Assembly: GCA_963796685.1 (NCBI GenBank)
Contig: CAWCMR010000025.1
Span: 544,001 to 608,000 of the forward strand
From: an uncultured delta proteobacterium
Lineage (GTDB): Bacteria > Myxococcota_A > Polyangia > Fen-1088
Length of the DNA: 64,000 nt
Direction: 5' to 3'
Positions 50,422 to 59,833 of the stretch are shown in pieces. The translations under genes and the position numbers were made by a program. Positions within the stretch are counted from its first letter, which is position 1. Each line of letters starts with the position of its first letter. The notes under the pieces were generated by a model. It saw only the letters and a list, made by a program, of their open reading frames with translations, searched no databases and had not been told where the DNA came from.

Positions 50422-52008
50422 CTACGGCGTGATCTGCGTGAAGTCCACCAGGTTACCGGTCATCATCAGCAGCGACAGCGCCGTCCATGATTTCTGGTAG
50501 TAGATGGTTCCGGCGTTGAGGTTCAAGGTGGCCACGGCGGCGTAGGCGGCGTCGAGGAATGCCTGGTACTTGGCATCGCTCATGGCGCCCACGCCCGCGG
50601 GACCGACGAACGAGGCCGCCTGGGTGCCGTTCACGGCACGATCGGGTTTCGGGGTTCCATTCAACTCGTAGCCATCAACGATGTTGGCCACGCCGACGCC
50701 AACGTAGAAGGACGTGATCTTGGCCAGGTAGCTCTTGGCGCGCGGCTCGCCGAAGAAGCAGTCGTCCTCGCCCACGCGGAAGGGCGTGCGCGTGGAGTCG
50801 TTCTGAAAATACATGGGCGCACCCGAGTACGGGGAGACGGGTGTGCCGGAGGAATCGCACCAGGCGGGCACGAGGCCGTTGTCGGCGTTGCCGCTCTGGG
50901 TGTTGAGGCTGCGCTCGAGGATGTCGTAGTTGCCCGCGATGACCTTGTTCCAATCGTCGACCTTGCCCGTCACCTGGCCGAAGACACGATAGTAGGCCGG
51001 CGCGAAGTACGACGGGTTGGTGACGTCGACGTTGCCCCACTGGTCGCCCGGCTTGAGCATGTCGTTGCGGGTCTGGTCGACCTCGAGGCTCCAGATGAGG
51101 CCAATGAGCTTCTTGGCATGGTTGAGATAGGTGTCGGACAGCGCCCCCTTCCCACCCCACTGCTTGTCGGCCATGACCAAGGCCCAGGCCATGTCCTCGT
51201 CGCCGTCGGTGGCGGCGCCCGTGCCGCCCGAGGTGACCTTGCCGTCGGGGCCGATCTCCCAGTTCATGAGGCCATTGCCGTCGAGATAGAGCTGCTCGTA
51301 GTTCCACAGGTCGTCGAACAACTTCTGGTCGTTCATGTACACGGCCAGGATCATCCCGTAGCCGATCCCCTCGGACACGGTCGAGCCGATGACCGTCCCC
51401 GAGTCGGGCTTCTTCACGCGCTCGAAGCCGCTGGCGCCGTCGGAGGTGACGGTCGCGTCCTTCCAAGCCTGGTAGGCCGCCTTCACCTTGTCGTTGTCGT
51501 AGGCCGTGGGATAGGTGCAGTACTGCCCCTTGTAGTTCTGCGGGAAGGGATAGGCGACGCCGGGTGAGCTGGTCGCGCCGCCGCTGCCCGTGGCCCCGCC
51601 CGTCGCGGTGAAGCTGCCGCCGGTCGCGGCATTGCCCCCGCTGCTCGTGGTTCCGCCGGTCATCAGGGCGCCGCCAGTGCCTGGGATCCCACCGGTCGTC
51701 ATGACGCCGCCGCTGCTGGTCGCGCCGCCAGCGGCCTTCGTTCCGCCCGTGCTCGGCACACCGCCCGATCCTATCGCCCCGCCGCTGCCCACGACGCCGC
51801 CCGAGGCGCTGCCACCACTACCCACCATGCCGCCGCTGCTCGCGATGCCGCCCGTGGCCGACGCCCCGCCATGACCGGTTGCCCCACCGGTGGCCACCGT
51901 CCCGCCGCTGCCCGAGGATTGGGTCGAACCTTTGGTCGTGCAGGCCGCGCCCACCTGGCATGCGAGCACGAGGGCAAGGACGAGAGATCCGCTGCTTGAA
52001 CGGGTCAT
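50422..52008 (-). CDS. GH8 glycoside hydrolase lipoprotein
   Basis: TVSEGIGYGM, AATDGDEDMAWAL, NPSYFAP, GLVPAWC; Gly-rich linker. Confidence 0.9.
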   Translation of the reverse strand: MTRSSSGSLVLALVLACQVGAACTTKGSTQSSGSGGTVATGGATGHGGASATGGIASSGGMVGSGGSASGGVVGSGGAIGSGGVPSTGGTKAAGGATSSGGVMTTGGIPGTGGALMTGGTTSSGGNAATGGSFTATGGATGSGGATSSPGVAYPFPQNYKGQYCTYPTAYDNDKVKAAYQAWKDATVTSDGASGFERVKKPDSGTVIGSTVSEGIGYGMILAVYMNDQKLFDDLWNYEQLYLDGNGLMNWEIGPDGKVTSGGTGAATDGDEDMAWALVMADKQWGGKGALSDTYLNHAKKLIGLIWSLEVDQTRNDMLKPGDQWGNVDVTNPSYFAPAYYRVFGQVTGKVDDWNKVIAGNYDILERSLNTQSGNADNGLVPAWCDSSGTPVSPYSGAPMYFQNDSTRTPFRVGEDDCFFGEPRAKSYLAKITSFYVGVGVANIVDGYELNGTPKPDRAVNGTQAASFVGPAGVGAMSDAKYQAFLDAAYAAVATLNLNAGTIYYQKSWTALSLLMMTGNLVDFTQITP

Positions 52009-52020
52009 CCTGAAAGTCTA

Positions 52021-53838
52021 TCACTCGCGCCGGTCGCCCGAGTCGTCTACTTCCGCGCCCGAGACGATGGCTGCCAGCTCGGCGATGGCGCGCGCGGCAG
52101 GGGCGGTCTCGGGCTCGCCCGGTCCCAAGGTGGCCATGCCCAACCCTTCGCCAGCGCTGTCGAACAGGCGACAAGTCAGCACCATGCTGTTGCGGTCGGT
52201 GACCCGTACCGAATCCACCTCGGCCAGCGGCAGCAGCATACGCGCCCGCGAAACCATCTCGCCGGCCACCGCCGCGAACGCAGCCAAGCCTTCCTGCACC
52301 GCGGACTCGCCCGCGCCGGCGATGAGGAAGCCCTGAGCGTCGGCCAGTACGGCCGTGCGCGGACCGCCTGGACCCACCAGCGAGTGCAGGTTGGTCTCCA
52401 TGTCCGACACCGGGTTTTGCGCCAGCAGCTCGCCGCTGACGACCGGCATCTCGCGGCTGGCGTACAAGCCGCTGGCATAGAGCTGCGCCTCCAGATCCTT
52501 TTCCCGGCGGCGCAAGTACGCGACTTCCTCGACCAGCGACGCGGCCTCCGCGGCCTGCGCGCGCAAGGAGACCAGCTCGTTGCGATCCTGCAGCAGCTCT
52601 TGCAGCCGACGCGCCATCAGCTCGGCGTCCAGACGCAGCTGCTTGTGCGCGATGGTCAAACGCTCGAGCTCGCCGCTCGCTTCCTGGTGCTGGCGCAGCT
52701 CGGCCGCCTCATCGCGCAACCTGCGATTTTCCTCGAGCACATCGCCAAGCTCCACCAGCTTGGCTTGCGCCGCCGCGAGCTCGACCTTGACATCTTTGAC
52801 CTCCCTGGCCTCGTCCCCACGCCCCGCCTGCCACTCGGCCTCGCGCACGAGCTCCGCTTGTTGCGCGCGCAGCCCGGCGTTTTCCTGCACCAGGCGATCC
52901 AGGGTGGCCAGCCGGGTTTCGGCCGCGCGCAGCGCCTCGTCCGCAATCCTGCCCTGTTCGCGTTCGTGCGCGACGGCCTCCTCCAGTGCGCGCAGGCGTA
53001 TTGCAAGCTCCGACTTCTCGGCCAGCCCGTCCTGCCCCGCCGCCTCGACACGCTCGAGCTGCTCGACGAGCCGTTGCTTCTCGGCCTGCGCGCTTGCCTG
53101 CGTCGACCGCAACGCCTCGTCGGCCGCGACCACCCTTCCCTGCCACGAAGCCTCGACCTCCGCGATACGGCGAAGCGCCTCGCGCTCGCGCCCCTCGGCC
53201 GCCAAGAGCGCCTGCTGCAGGCCATCGCGTTCCGCCTCCCATAGCACGTGCTCCTCGACGAGACGCGCCTGCTCGGCCGCCAACCTTTCGGACTCGGCGC
53301 GCCGCTGCTCCAACTCCTCGACCAGGCGTGCTCGCTCGGCCTCGTGTCGGCCGACCTCGGCGCGTAGCTGCCCGAGCTCCTCGCGCTGGACCTGGTCCTG
53401 GCGCTTCTGCTCGGTCTGGGTGGCTTGCAGCTGCGCGCCCCAGGCCTCGGCCTGCTTCTCCTCGCGCTCGAACGCCTCGCGATTCCGATCCTCGGCGATG
53501 CGCAGGCGCTCGGCCAGGGTCCGCTCCCTGGCGGACAGTCGTTCGATCTCGGCGCGCGCGCCGTCACGCTCGCGCTCGGCCAGCGCGCACTTCTCTTCCT
53601 CCAGCTTTCGTGTGCCGGCCTCGGCCTTGTGCTCGGCCGTGGCGTCGGCAAGCGCGACCTCGCTACTCTTCTGTTCCAGGCGCAGGCGTTCGAGCTCGCC
53701 TTCCAGGTCCTCGTGCCGACGGACCTCCTTGCCGAGATCGACATCGCCGCCACGCGGCCGGCGCAGCAGGAACCCGGCCAGGAAGAAGGCCAGCGCGGCG
53801 ACCAGGCTTGCGGCGATGAGGTAGACGAGAAGCGACAT
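52021..53838 (-). CDS. N-terminal TM, long coiled coil and C-terminal roadblock/LC7-like domain
   Basis: TM MSLLVYLIAASLVAALAFFLAGF; E/R/A/Q-rich heptads; RTAVLADAQGFLIA...LAAFAA. Confidence 0.7.
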   Translation of the reverse strand: MSLLVYLIAASLVAALAFFLAGFLLRRPRGGDVDLGKEVRRHEDLEGELERLRLEQKSSEVALADATAEHKAEAGTRKLEEEKCALAERERDGARAEIERLSARERTLAERLRIAEDRNREAFEREEKQAEAWGAQLQATQTEQKRQDQVQREELGQLRAEVGRHEAERARLVEELEQRRAESERLAAEQARLVEEHVLWEAERDGLQQALLAAEGREREALRRIAEVEASWQGRVVAADEALRSTQASAQAEKQRLVEQLERVEAAGQDGLAEKSELAIRLRALEEAVAHEREQGRIADEALRAAETRLATLDRLVQENAGLRAQQAELVREAEWQAGRGDEAREVKDVKVELAAAQAKLVELGDVLEENRRLRDEAAELRQHQEASGELERLTIAHKQLRLDAELMARRLQELLQDRNELVSLRAQAAEAASLVEEVAYLRRREKDLEAQLYASGLYASREMPVVSGELLAQNPVSDMETNLHSLVGPGGPRTAVLADAQGFLIAGAGESAVQEGLAAFAAVAGEMVSRARMLLPLAEVDSVRVTDRNSMVLTCRLFDSAGEGLGMATLGPGEPETAPAARAIAELAAIVSGAEVDDSGDRRE

Positions 53839-53846
53839 GAAGAACC

Positions 53847-54561
53847 TCAGTGAATCGCGATCTCGACCCTTCGGTTGTGCGCCTGGGCCGCTATCGAATC
53901 AGCCGAGCGGTCACCCGCGAGCGGCCGCGTCGAGCCGAATCCTTGGATGTCCATGCGCGCGGGATCGACCCCGTGCCCTTCAAGCCAGCGAGCACACCTG
54001 CGCGCGCGTTCCAGCGACAGCGCGCGATTCGAGCTCTTCCGGTCCGACGCTGTCGCTGTGCCCGCTTATCACGACCCGCCGGCTGGGTTGCTCGGCGAGG
54101 GTCGCGGCAACCTGGGCAAGGACCTCGCGTGCCGGTGACGACAACCAACTCGTGTTTCGCGCAAAGAGCAGGTTGGGAAACCCTGGGGGGGTGGGCTCGG
54201 CCGACGGCGAGGATTCGCCGGTTGGCGACACCGCCTCGGCGAGTGGCGGCGCGGTCTTGGCGGGCGGTGGTGCGACTGGCGCGAGAACCCTCGCCGCCGC
54301 AGGTACGGGCTCAGCCGTCCGCGGCGGCGCGGGCGGCAACCCCGGGCTCGGCCTTTCCGCCGAGACCGGTACGCGCAAGGCCGGTCTCGAGCGCGTGGCA
54401 CCGCTCAAATAGCGGGGCAGCAGCACGAGGTCGATGGCGGCGAGGTCGCCCACCCCGAGCAGCAGCAGTCCCGCCGCCAGCGCGTGGCGCACGAACGTCG
54501 ACGACTGGGCTGTCGCACCACCGGCGCCCTCGGACCGATGCGCGTACCCCTGCGCTGTCAT
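53847..54561 (-). CDS. OmpA/MotB-like peptidoglycan-binding membrane protein; extra base near 54030
   Basis: TM, Pro-rich linker, LLFARN, ISGHSD. After correction: NRALSLERA...QGFGSTRP...HNRRVEIAIH*. Confidence 0.8.
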
Positions 54562-54569
54562 GATCGCCT

Positions 54570-54950
54570 CTAGGCGGAGGCGGCGATGGCCTTGCCCAGC
54601 TCCACGCAGCGACGCTTGACCTCGATGAACACCAGGCCCAGCTTCGCGTCCTTGCTGGTCAGCACCACCAGCACCGAATCGGCGCCGACCGCGTTGAGGA
54701 CCACATAGCCCTTCTCGCTGCGCACGTAGACCTGCTCCATGGTCGAGGCCATGAGCTCGGAGGAGATGCGCTCGCCGACGCCCAGCATGGCCGCCGCCAT
54801 GCCCGAGACCAGCTCCTCGTCGACCTCGGCGGGCAAGACCGAGGCCACGATGAAACCATCGATGCTTACCACCGCGGCGCCGATGATGTCAGGCGAGGCC
54901 CCACGAAGGCCGCGCAAGATGTCCTGCATTTTTTCCGTACGAGAAGCCAT
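54570..54950 (-). CDS. roadblock/LC7 (MglB-like) protein
   Basis: PDIIGAAVVSIDGFIVAS...VSGMAAAML...KLGLVF. Confidence 0.88.
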   Translation of the reverse strand: MASRTEKMQDILRGLRGASPDIIGAAVVSIDGFIVASVLPAEVDEELVSGMAAAMLGVGERISSELMASTMEQVYVRSEKGYVVLNAVGADSVLVVLTSKDAKLGLVFIEVKRRCVELGKAIAASA

Positions 54951-54973
54951 GGTCCATTCCTCCTAGGTTGCGA

Positions 54974-55693
54974 TTAGTTGCGAATTTGGAATTTCATGGT
55001 GCATTGGCCGACCGTGCCGAGCGTGGCGACGGTGTAGCTCTTGCCCGAAAAGGCGCTCATGAGCCCGGCGAAGTACTCATGAAACAGCTCGCACAAATTG
55101 GCGCTGCCGGCAATCTCTCCTTGCGCTGCGACCACTTTGTGCAGGGCGCAGCTTGGAAAGGTCAGGGACACGGTGGTCCCGTCCGCCTCGATCTTGGCGT
55201 CGAAGTCGAAGGCGTGAACGAAACGGCGGCGCAGGCCCGCCAGCAGGTCCTCCATGCGCGAGGACTCGTACATCTCGGGCATGTGGGCGGCGGCCAGGTT
55301 GCCCGCCGAGCGCCCCACGGCCCGTTGTCCGCGCCCCATGATCTCTTTGAGCGCGTCGGCCAAGGCCTTGAGCCGCACGTGCGTGTCCTTGAGCGCCTCG
55401 TCGTAGTCGGCCTGGCCGAGTTGCTCGGTCGCGGGGATCTGCTGCAGAAAGCGCGACACCAGCGCGGCATGGGTTTCCATGCGGTGAAACGGCCGCTGCA
55501 ACTTCGCGTCGGTCACGGTCAGACAGCGCGACGGGCACAGGTACACGCAAGACGTGCAGCCGATGCAGTCCTCTTGGCGGACGACCTTGGCCAGCTTCTT
55601 CGACGTTTCCTCCTCGAACACCTTGGTCGGGCAGATTTCCACGCACAGGCCGCAGTCGCGGCAGCCGGATTCTTCGATGTGAACCGTGGGCAC
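54974..55693 (-). CDS. 2x[4Fe-4S] ferredoxin fused to a V4R/MetOD1-like domain
   Basis: CRDCGLCVEICP and CIGCTSCVYLCP; C-terminal FPSC...NLC..FHEYFAG...QC. Confidence 0.75.
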   Translation of the reverse strand: MPTVHIEESGCRDCGLCVEICPTKVFEEETSKKLAKVVRQEDCIGCTSCVYLCPSRCLTVTDAKLQRPFHRMETHAALVSRFLQQIPATEQLGQADYDEALKDTHVRLKALADALKEIMGRGQRAVGRSAGNLAAAHMPEMYESSRMEDLLAGLRRRFVHAFDFDAKIEADGTTVSLTFPSCALHKVVAAQGEIAGSANLCELFHEYFAGLMSAFSGKSYTVATLGTVGQCTMKFQIRN

Positions 55694-55696
55694 AGG

Positions 55697-57100
55697 TCAC
55701 CTCCTTGCCGTGCGAATGGTTTGCCCGCCCTGCCACAGGTTGATTTCCATGGGCATTTGCCCCACGCGATGGGTGGAGCAAGACAGGCACGGGTCGTAAC
55801 AGCGAATCGCGAATTCCACGCCGTCCAGCAAATCGCTGTCGCTCTTGTCGAGCAATTGCGTGGCCGCGTTCTTGATGGTGGTGTTGATGCTGGCGATATT
55901 GTGCTGGGTCGCCACCACGAAATTGGCCGCTTCGATGATGGCGTTTGCGTCCACGTGGTAGTCGTGGATCAGCACCCCGCGCGGAGCCTCGACGTGGGCC
56001 ACGGCGTGGCGGTTGATGGCGCCGGGGGCGGTGCGCACCTCGGGCGAGCGAATGGCCTCGTCGGAGAGCATGGCCACGGCCTTTTCCGCGCAGTGGAGAA
56101 TTTCCACCAGGCGCGCCCAATGCCCGGCCACGATCTGGCTCGACGGGTCGCCGCACGTCGCTTTGAATTCCGCCAGGGCGGCATCGGCCAACGGCGTGCC
56201 CGTGGCCTCGGCGCAATTGAGCCGGGCCAGCGGGCCGACGCGGTAGGGGTGCGTGGCCCCGCTTGCGTCCTTGAGCAAGACCTGCTTGCCGTAGCTGTGC
56301 GGCAGCGCCTCCTCGACGAGATGGGTGGCGTAGTCGGCGCCTACGAAATCCAGGGCCACGCTGCCGTCGGGACGGCGCACGCGCAGCTTGCCGTCGTACA
56401 GATCCAGGTTCTTGCCCTGCAGCGTTCCCATGTCGCTGGTCGCGAGCGGCAAGCGGGTCAGGAGCTTCGGATCCTTGAGCAGGGCCTTCTTGCCGGCATC
56501 GAGGACCACCTTGGCCAGCTCCAGCGCCTCGGCGGCCAGCAGCTTCAAGGTGTCATGATTTTGCGACGTGAGCGCGAAGGACATACCACCTGCCACCGCG
56601 GTCACCGGATGCGTGCCCCGGCCGCCGACGATCTCCACCATGGTCTGGCCGATGCTGCGCAGGCGCAGGGCCTTCTTGGCGAGCTCGGGCGCGGCCTCGA
56701 GCAGACCCACGAGATTGCGTTTTTGCACCGGGCTCGACTGCCCGAGAAACAGATCGGGACCGGCCAGGGCGAAGAAATGGATGGCGTGCGAGTGGATCAT
56801 GCTGCCGCAGTTGAGCAGTTGGCGCAGCAGCAAGGCGGCCCTGGGGGGCGGCGCCGAGAACATGACGTCCAAGCACTTGGCGGACACCAGGTGGTGGGCA
56901 TGCGGGCAGGTGCCGCAGATGCGCGTGGTCAGGGTGGGCATGAGCTCGGCCTGCATGCCCTGCACGAAGCGCTCGAAGCCGCGAAACTCGAGCACGTGCA
57001 GCGTGGCCGCGCCGACCTTGCCGTCGTCGCCGATTTCGATGTGCACCTTGGCGTGACCCTCGATGCGCGTGACGGGATTGATGGTGAGTTGGCGGCTCAT
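55697..57100 (-). CDS. [NiFe]-hydrogenase large subunit (group 3, MvhA/HoxH-like)
   Basis: VTRIEGH, RGFE, L1 RICGTC, EAPRG, L2 YDPCLSCSTH and a 23-aa C-terminal extension. Confidence 0.95.
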   Translation of the reverse strand: MSRQLTINPVTRIEGHAKVHIEIGDDGKVGAATLHVLEFRGFERFVQGMQAELMPTLTTRICGTCPHAHHLVSAKCLDVMFSAPPPRAALLLRQLLNCGSMIHSHAIHFFALAGPDLFLGQSSPVQKRNLVGLLEAAPELAKKALRLRSIGQTMVEIVGGRGTHPVTAVAGGMSFALTSQNHDTLKLLAAEALELAKVVLDAGKKALLKDPKLLTRLPLATSDMGTLQGKNLDLYDGKLRVRRPDGSVALDFVGADYATHLVEEALPHSYGKQVLLKDASGATHPYRVGPLARLNCAEATGTPLADAALAEFKATCGDPSSQIVAGHWARLVEILHCAEKAVAMLSDEAIRSPEVRTAPGAINRHAVAHVEAPRGVLIHDYHVDANAIIEAANFVVATQHNIASINTTIKNAATQLLDKSDSDLLDGVEFAIRCYDPCLSCSTHRVGQMPMEINLWQGGQTIRTARR

Positions 57101-58032
57101 CGGGCGGCTCCTTGCTGCGCGATCCAGCGCCGCAGAAGAAAGGTCGGCTTCTGACGAAACACCGGCGAGGCCATGGCGTAGGCGTAATAGGTCTTGGCCT
57201 GCTTCTCGATCTCGGCGGTGATGGCGGGCTTGGGAATCTTGGTCATCATGGACATGCGCGTGGCGATCTCGGTGCGGATGTCGCGATTCGGCTCGAGCAC
57301 GATGGCCTCCGACGGCCCCGTGCAGCCCGAGCACGGCATGCCACGGGTCGGGCAGGCGCCGCGGCAGCGATCGAGCGTGGCGCTGCCCATGCACAGGATC
57401 CCCTGCGAGAGAAAGCACGTGTCCTGCTCTATCGGGCCCTCGTGCACCCGGCGCAGGGCCGACACCTCGGTGTGTTTCATGTGGCGGTCGCAATGGAAGC
57501 ACACGTTGTGCTCGCCGAACTCGGGTGGCTTGCCGTGCAGCACCGATTTGAGCGCCTCGAAGACGTAGAAGGCGTGCGGTGGACAACCTGGCAGATAGAG
57601 ATCCACCGGAATCACGGCGTCCACCGGCAACACGCCTTCCGCGAGCAGCTTGGGCACCCCCTGGTCGGGCACGAAATGGGTCGAGGTGGTCGGGTTCTTC
57701 ACGAAGGCCGACTCGGCCAGCTCGCTTTGCGCGTGGGCGTAGCCCGAGCCCTGCGGTCCGCCGTAGACGCCGCACGTGCCGTAGGCCAGGATGGCGGCGC
57801 AGCTTGCCCGCATCTTCTTCGCGCACTCCACGTCGTGGTCGGTGCGCAGGGCTCCGGTGATGATGCCGAGCGCGGCCTTGGGGTAGTCCTTCACGTCCAT
57901 CAAGATGGGCAGGCGAACGATGTCGATCTCTTCCAGCACGGCCAGCAGGCGCTCGTGCAGATCGACGATGGAAAGCTCGCAACCCGAGCAACCGGAAAGC
58001 CATTCGAACGAAACCGTGACCTTGGCCATCAT
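57097..58032 (-). CDS. [NiFe]-hydrogenase small subunit (MvhG-like, three FeS clusters, no Tat signal)
   Basis: WLSGCSGCE, GTC, PGCPP, VCFHC, CFL...CMG, CRGACP...CSGCTG. Confidence 0.92.
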   Translation of the reverse strand: MMAKVTVSFEWLSGCSGCELSIVDLHERLLAVLEEIDIVRLPILMDVKDYPKAALGIITGALRTDHDVECAKKMRASCAAILAYGTCGVYGGPQGSGYAHAQSELAESAFVKNPTTSTHFVPDQGVPKLLAEGVLPVDAVIPVDLYLPGCPPHAFYVFEALKSVLHGKPPEFGEHNVCFHCDRHMKHTEVSALRRVHEGPIEQDTCFLSQGILCMGSATLDRCRGACPTRGMPCSGCTGPSEAIVLEPNRDIRTEIATRMSMMTKIPKPAITAEIEKQAKTYYAYAMASPVFRQKPTFLLRRWIAQQGAAR

Positions 58033-58049
58033 TCCCCTCCTGGTTTCTC

Positions 58050-58535
58050 CTAGCCCTGCAACATGAGCTCTTTGAGACAGGCGTTCTCCCCGGCGTGCAG
58101 GATTTCCAGCTCGGCGCGCTTGCCGGTGATCTTCTGCACGTACCCGCAGAACAGGCCGTGGTTCATCATGCACAGCGATTGCTTCTGCTCGTGGCCATAG
58201 CGGAACAGGGCGCAGCGAACCATGCAGTTCCGGAATACCAGCTTGACCGCCTGCTTGCCATCTTTCTCGTAGAGGAAGCTCTTTTCTGCGGCCGGCTTCC
58301 ACGCTTCGAAGGGCCACTCGATGCCGTTGGCCCTGAGCGCCTCGCCCACCTTGCCGAGAGCGACCAGGATGTCGCTTTCCTTTTCGGCGATGCTGCTCTT
58401 GAGACCCACGGTCTTGCCCGACCGAAACGTCACGGTCTCGGCCCCGCGGCCGAGAACCTGTTCTAGACCATGCGACAGCGAGGCCATGACCACGAGCAGG
58501 CCTTGCAGTTCATCCCTTGTTTCAGACGGACCCAT
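58050..58535 (-). CDS. V4R/MetOD1-like small-ligand or metal-binding protein
   Basis: FRNCMVR...SLCMMNHGLFCG...AGENAC Cys pattern. Confidence 0.6.
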   Translation of the reverse strand: MGPSETRDELQGLLVVMASLSHGLEQVLGRGAETVTFRSGKTVGLKSSIAEKESDILVALGKVGEALRANGIEWPFEAWKPAAEKSFLYEKDGKQAVKLVFRNCMVRCALFRYGHEQKQSLCMMNHGLFCGYVQKITGKRAELEILHAGENACLKELMLQG

Positions 58536-58599
58536 ACTGTCCTCCGATCTAGGTAACGCGCCAGACGACACCCGAGAAGACACGCCCAAGCGTGCCGAT

Positions 58600-59604
58600 C
58601 TAGCGCGTCGACTTGCTCTCTAGTTTTTTCAGGTTGAGATCCAGGGAACGGTTATCGGGATCGAGCTCTTTGGCGGCGAGCCAGCACTGGCGCGCCTCCT
58701 CCACCTTGCCGGCCCGCAGAGCCGCGAAGCCCTTGTCCACCAGCGACGCCGCCGCGCCGACCGGCCGAGGGGCCTTGCGAGACTCGGAGGGAACCAACGC
58801 ATTCATCGCCCGGCGCTCGCTGGGCGCGCCGTCGCCACCGGGCGAGGAGATCTTCTCGAATACGGAATTCTCGACGCGAATGGCGGGAAAGGATCCGGTC
58901 TGGCGCGGCGAGGAATTGGCGCGCTCGTCGAGCGTCCGCACGGCCTCCATCAAGGCGAACTGCCAATTGCCGTGAATGTTCGGCTCGACGTCGTTGGGTA
59001 GGGGCGTGGTGCGAAAGACGCCGTCCTGGGCGTCCAGAATGGAGCACAGCGCTTCGTGCCCCACGAGCGGGCCCCACGAGGCGTGGAAGAGCTTGCCCTC
59101 CTTCACCATGACCGAGCCGGCCTCGCCGTGAGCGGTGATACGAAGCGCTGCGGTCCTTTGGGCTAGACAAAGCATTTGAATGAGGTCTGCTGCGGAAAGG
59201 GCCGAGAAGCACCCGGACAAGCGATGTATGCAATCGAGCGCTTCGTTGACGATCTTTAACACTTCTTTTGGCTCACATGGCTTTGGCAGAAGACGCAAGC
59301 AGCCAAGACCAGAGACGCGTTGCTGTAGCTGACGGACGTCGTCGTTGGTTTGCACCACGAACAAGGTCTCGGGAAACTCGATAGCGCCCCAGCAGACCAG
59401 ATCCACACCACCGGCGCTGGGCAGATCGGCATCCGTGATCAGGACATCGATCCCGACATCGCGCATGACATTACGTGCCACATCGGCCGAGGCGGCGAGC
59501 ATGACGTCGAAATTCTCGCCGCCCTCATAAAGAACGCGGTGGAGCGCAAGGGATGCCTCCTTGTCTCCGTCGACGATCAAGACCTTCGGGCGACGTCTCC
59601 CCAT
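58600..59604 (-). CDS. response regulator with DUF4388/PATAN domain and C-terminal TPR-like helix pair
   Basis: KVLIVD, LITD, LPKP; LSAADLIQML...RTAALRI...EGKLFHA...GHEAL; ARQCW...LDPDN. Confidence 0.85.
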   Translation of the reverse strand: MGRRRPKVLIVDGDKEASLALHRVLYEGGENFDVMLAASADVARNVMRDVGIDVLITDADLPSAGGVDLVCWGAIEFPETLFVVQTNDDVRQLQQRVSGLGCLRLLPKPCEPKEVLKIVNEALDCIHRLSGCFSALSAADLIQMLCLAQRTAALRITAHGEAGSVMVKEGKLFHASWGPLVGHEALCSILDAQDGVFRTTPLPNDVEPNIHGNWQFALMEAVRTLDERANSSPRQTGSFPAIRVENSVFEKISSPGGDGAPSERRAMNALVPSESRKAPRPVGAAASLVDKGFAALRAGKVEEARQCWLAAKELDPDNRSLDLNLKKLESKSTR

Positions 59605-59833
59605 CTGCCTCCGGCTATATCGATCTTCTGGGCCGCAAACTGTACTTCTAGGGCCGCAAACAGCGCTTCGCTTGCGGCTTTTCAGAACGGCGGCTCCGAT
59701 ATTACAGCCACCTTGCTACCTTCGCTGGCCCGGTCTCCGAACATCAACGAATACGGAAGAACGATGCCAGACCGGACGAGGCGTCATTTTGCGCCCAAGG
59801 CCCGCCCGGGATCCAGCAAATTCGCGCCGGGAT

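Noticed and set aside
54968-57154. 728-aa plus-strand ORF, and similar long ORFs at 28256, 35568 and 52580
   Set aside because: Antisense shadows of well-supported genes, expected in high-GC DNA; no motifs.
55697-58003. 768-aa hydrogenase large subunit with a long N-terminal extension
   Set aside because: The extension is an alternative frame of the small-subunit gene; the true start is ATG 57100 (ATGA overlap).
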